Shown here piece by piece: positions 60,431 to 64,000 of a DNA stretch of 64,000 bases. A model generated the notes under the pieces. The model was not told the DNA's origin. It saw only the letters and a list, made by a program, of their open reading frames with translations, and made no database searches. The stretch lies in NCBI GenBank assembly GCA_963666565.1, contig OY762911.1, positions 4,160,001-4,224,000 of the forward strand, read 5' to 3'. Numbering within the stretch: position 1 is the stretch's first letter; every line of letters starts with the position of its first letter. Origin of the DNA: Thermoanaerobaculia bacterium. Its GTDB lineage: Bacteria > Acidobacteriota > Thermoanaerobaculia > Multivoradales > Multivoraceae. A program made the position numbers and the translations under genes.

Positions 60431-63400
60431 GTGGTTTCTGATAAGGGGAGAAGGCTTCCGCGGATCGCGGATCGCGGATCGCGGATCGCGGATCGCGGAT
60501 CGCGGATCGCGGATCGCGGATCGCGGATCGCGGATCGCGGATCGCGGATCCGTCGCACGCACCGCCAGCGGGTGACGACGATGCGGCGTCCCGCACGCTG
60601 GCGCAACACCGTTGCGTCACGGCCCAGGCGACGGGAGATGGCCTCCTCCAGTAGGGCCACGGGCCACGACGGAGACGGCGCCGGTCGTGGCGGGAACGCC
60701 CGGAACCGGCGGCGAACGGCTACGCCCGGAAACCGCGCGAAGCCGGACCTCCGCAGCGCCGGCGCACGCCTGAAACGGGCGCTTGCCCTGGCGTGCCTGT
60801 CAGCGCCGTGGTCGGCTGTTCCCCTAGCCGCCCAGACGCCCGACATCACGATCCACGAGATCAACCAGAACAGCGCGAAGGTCACTATCGCGGGCTACGA
60901 CGAGGCCTTCTTCCACCGGCAACGTGGCACAACCACATGCAGCCTCTACAGATACAGCAAGCTCACCAATCTGACCGCTGACACCAGCTACACCTACGAC
61001 TTCTTCGACACCCCCGGGCAGTGCAACTCCGGCTCATTGGGCAGCGCCACCTTCAGGACCCTCAAGTACTCGATGACTGTATCGCACAGCACCTACAGTT
61101 TCGTCCAGTTGACCCTCGGCGCGGACGTGAGCTGGTCCTACCAGGTGAGATCGCCCACCGTCGGCACCTGCTTCAACCAGGCGAAGAGCACCAAAGGAAG
61201 GCTGACTGGCCTGCAAGGCGGCACCTATTACCAAGCGAACGCGTACGCTCAACCGAATTGCGCCGGAAACCGCGTCGCCGCGGCGTACTTCACGACCCTG
61301 CCCCAGCCCACGCTCACCGCGAGCAGCGTGGAGGCCACCAGCGCCACGCTGACCATCGGCCACTGGGCCGACCAGTGGTCCATCAAGAAGACGACGGACA
61401 CGAACTGCGCCTCCATACACAACGGCACGACATTCAGCGCCGTCGGTCTCTCCGAGGGAACGTCCTATACCTACAAGGCCTATCGGACCGATTGCAGCAG
61501 CGAACTCGCCACCGAGACCTTCCTCACCAAGCCGGCGAAGACCACCGGCCTGTCCGCCGCCAGCCGCGCCAGGAGCCTCTATGTCTCATGGGATGCAATG
61601 ACCGGCGCCGCGAGCTACAAGGTGCAGTGGAAGTCGGGCACGGACAACTTCGGCACATCGCGCCAGAACACCGTCTCCTCCGGCACCAGCCACACCATCA
61701 CCGGCCTCACCAACGACACCACCTACACCGTCCGCGTCGCCGCGGTCAACGCCACCGGCGACGGCGCCTGGTCGGACGAGGTGTCGCGACCGGCGAAAGC
61801 GGTCACGCTCACCGCGAGCAACGTGGCGGAAGTCACCGCGACGCTGACCATCGCCAACTGGGGAGGGACGTGGTACCACAAGTACACCTCCCCAAGCGGC
61901 GGCACCTGCACGGCCGAAACGACGCTGGCGGCGTCGCTCACCACCACGGAGAACACGTCCTACACCTGGAAGGCCTACAGCGACTCCGGCTGCACAACGG
62001 AAATCGGCAGCGAGACCTTCAAGACGGTCTGGATCTCCGTCAACAGCAATACGGTCGGACATACCATCGCGCAGTTGGCCAATACCGGATGGTCGGGCAA
62101 TTGGTGGTCCAAGGGCGATCAGAGCGGCGCCACTTGCACCAGGGAAACCAGCTCGGTCGCCATCCTGAGGAACCTCACCAAGAACACGACCTACACCTAT
62201 ACGGGGTATCGGGCGGCCGGCTGCAACGCTGCAGACAAGATCGGCGATGCGACCTTCACGACCCTGGATTCGACCTACCTCTCGGCAACGAACAAGACGG
62301 AGTCCAAGTCGACGCTCGCCATCCACAATGTGCGTCATGGGCGAAAGTGGTGGTTCAAGGCCACATACGGACCCGTGTACAGGACCTGCACTGAGGCCGG
62401 CAGATTTCCCGCGGTCTCCTCGGTGGAGTTGACCGGCTTGAGAGAGCGCGTTCAAACCCAATACAAGGCTTACGACGCGGCTGGCTGCGCTGCGGACAAC
62501 GAGATCGCCAGCCTGCTCTTCTGGACGTTGTCGTTCGACTTGAGCACGCAAACTCTGGGAGTCGTACAGCTAGCCCTAAGCAATTGGCCGTCGGGCACAT
62601 GGTGGTACAAAGGCGATCAGAGCGGCGCCACCTGCACCAGCGAGACCTCGGCGGTCGCCATTGTTCGGAACCTGGAAAAAGAAACGAGCTACACCTACAC
62701 CGCCTACGGGGCGTCCGGCTGCAACGCCGCGGACAAGATCGGCGATGCCAGCTTCACGACTTGGGGCGACACGTCGCTGACCAAAAGCAGGCTGGAGTCG
62801 ACGAGCGTCCGGCTGCACTTGAACTATGTACGGGGCAGTACGCGGTGGTCCATCAAGGGCTCCCAGAGCGGCGACAAGTGCCGCGCGCTAGGCCAAGCCC
62901 ATTTCAACTGGGCAGACGTCACGGGCTTGACGGGGAACAGCAGCTATACCTACAAGGCGTACTCCTACGTCAACACTGATTGGCCCAATGTCTGCCGCGA
63001 CGCCAAGGAACTCGCCAACCTGACCTTCACGACCAAGCCGCCGAAACCCGCCAAGCCGACCACGACCAACGCTGGCAGCGGCAAGCTCACACTGGCGTCG
63101 TCGGTGGGCGGCGACGCGGCACTGACCAAATGGCAATTCAAGAAGTGGGCCCGAGGCACTTGGGATGCCAACTGGACCGACGTCACCTCCACGTCGAGGA
63201 CGCTGAGCCACACCGTCACCGGGCTGAGCGACCACAGGCCCGTCGCGTTCAAGGTTCAGGCGGTAAACGCCTCGGGCACGAGCGCGGAGTCCGCCCAGTC
63301 CCTCTATGCGTACCCCAGCGCCGCCCATCTGAAGGCGACCAACGTCAGCGCCTCTGGCGCGACACTCACCATTCAGTCCTGGACGCTGGCATGGTGGTAC

Positions 63401-64000
63401 CAGGGCAACCAGACCAACGCGGCCTGCACTTCGGTGGCCGCCAACACGAGCACTGCCACCCTGTCGAGTCTGGATGCCGGCACGGACTACACCTACAAGG
63501 CGTACTCCAAAGCGGGGTGCGCCGATGCGGACCAGATCGCCGCCCGGGGTTTCACGACCATACCGGCGAAGACCACGGGCGTCTCGACCGCGGCCTTGCA
63601 CCAGAAGCTCAAGGTGTCGTGGAACTCGATGGCTGGCGCCACGAGCTACAAGGTGCAGTGGAAGTCCGGCGCCCAGAACTACGACTCCGCCCGCTCCGCG
63701 ACCGTCAGCGGCACGAGCCACACCATCACCGGCCTCACCAACAGCACCGAGTACACCATGCAGGTCGCCGCCGTCAACGGCAGCGGCGACGGCGCATGGT
63801 CCGACGAGGCGAAAGGCACGCCCACCACGCCAACCCTCGCCGCCAGCGGCGTCACCGCCTCGGGCGCGACCCTCACCATCGGCAACTACACGGACGCATG
63901 GTGGTACAAGGGCAACCAGACCAACGCGGCCTGCACTTCGGTGGCCGCCGGCACGGCGTCTGCCACGCTGTCGGGCCTCGACGCCGGCACCAGCTACATC
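60431..64000 (+). CDS. Giant secreted fibronectin type III repeat protein (runs off the window end)
   Basis: Frame open from GTG 60431 (alternative starts 60572, 60581, 60638); signal LALACLSAPWSAVPLAAQ; FN3 SWDAMTGAASYKVQWKSG..TITGLTNDTTYTVRVAAVN; repeated Cys-pair modules. Confidence 0.88.
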   Translation, partial: MVSDKGRRLPRIADRGSRIADRGSRIADRGSRIADRGSRIRRTHRQRVTTMRRPARWRNTVASRPRRREMASSSRATGHDGDGAGRGGNARNRRRTATPGNRAKPDLRSAGARLKRALALACLSAPWSAVPLAAQTPDITIHEINQNSAKVTIAGYDEAFFHRQRGTTTCSLYRYSKLTNLTADTSYTYDFFDTPGQCNSGSLGSATFRTLKYSMTVSHSTYSFVQLTLGADVSWSYQVRSPTVGTCFNQAKSTKGRLTGLQGGTYYQANAYAQPNCAGNRVAAAYFTTLPQPTLTASSVEATSATLTIGHWADQWSIKKTTDTNCASIHNGTTFSAVGLSEGTSYTYKAYRTDCSSELATETFLTKPAKTTGLSAASRARSLYVSWDAMTGAASYKVQWKSGTDNFGTSRQNTVSSGTSHTITGLTNDTTYTVRVAAVNATGDGAWSDEVSRPAKAVTLTASNVAEVTATLTIANWGGTWYHKYTSPSGGTCTAETTLAASLTTTENTSYTWKAYSDSGCTTEIGSETFKTVWISVNSNTVGHTIAQLANTGWSGNWWSKGDQSGATCTRETSSVAILRNLTKNTTYTYTGYRAAGCNAADKIGDATFTTLDSTYLSATNKTESKSTLAIHNVRHGRKWWFKATYGPVYRTCTEAGRFPAVSSVELTGLRERVQTQYKAYDAAGCAADNEIASLLFWTLSFDLSTQTLGVVQLALSNWPSGTWWYKGDQSGATCTSETSAVAIVRNLEKETSYTYTAYGASGCNAADKIGDASFTTWGDTSLTKSRLESTSVRLHLNYVRGSTRWSIKGSQSGDKCRALGQAHFNWADVTGLTGNSSYTYKAYSYVNTDWPNVCRDAKELANLTFTTKPPKPAKPTTTNAGSGKLTLASSVGGDAALTKWQFKKWARGTWDANWTDVTSTSRTLSHTVTGLSDHRPVAFKVQAVNASGTSAESAQSLYAYPSAAHLKATNVSASGATLTIQSWTLAWWYQGNQTNAACTSVAANTSTATLSSLDAGTDYTYKAYSKAGCADADQIAARGFTTIPAKTTGVSTAALHQKLKVSWNSMAGATSYKVQWKSGAQNYDSARSATVSGTSHTITGLTNSTEYTMQVAAVNGSGDGAWSDEAKGTPTTPTLAASGVTASGATLTIGNYTDAWWYKGNQTNAACTSVAAGTASATLSGLDAGTSYI
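60460..60550 (+). repeat. Perfect heptamer tandem repeat (GCGGATC)13
   Basis: 91 bp counted directly. Confidence 0.97.

Noticed and set aside
60460-60550. Possible CRISPR array
   Set aside because: Pure 7-mer tandem with no spacers and no cas genes; the REP copies are dispersed, not arrayed

Overview
This is high-GC bacterial DNA. Many PQQ/beta-propeller, TPR, PIN and FN3 genes are consistent with an Acidobacteriota-like, possibly host-associated, organism (inference). No rRNA, tRNA or CRISPR array was seen. The core-like flanks hold a partial rsgA, a peptide ABC transporter, a vapBC pair, a Uma2 nuclease, a PQQ dehydrogenase with a cytochrome c, several hydrolases and SDRs, a sulfite/nitrite reductase, an amidase and an SSS transporter. 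Main points of interest: (1) a ~19 kb island (about 16.0-35.0 kb) whose left part is an intact, translationally coupled nine-gene candidate DNA modification/restriction operon (PP-loop/PAPS-reductase-like Cys-rich enzyme, GHKL ATPase, two unknowns, sigma4/alpha-CTD/wHTH protein, PLD-SF2 helicase, small protein, DndD/SMC-like ATPase, dnd-associated-like protein), followed by decaying TA, ISL3, type ISP R-M and HipA-N remnants; (2) a four-gene membrane module resembling a MotA/MotB (ZorAB-like) motor plus a vWA protein; (3) three ~175 bp intergenic elements with perfect but sequence-divergent terminal inverted repeats; (4) a REP-like hairpin family, with one copy in frame inside a gene; (5) a (GCGGATC)13 tract at the 5' end of a giant FN3 surface-protein gene, suggesting phase variation; (6) widespread leaderless gene starts. 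All calls come from motif reading, with no database searches.
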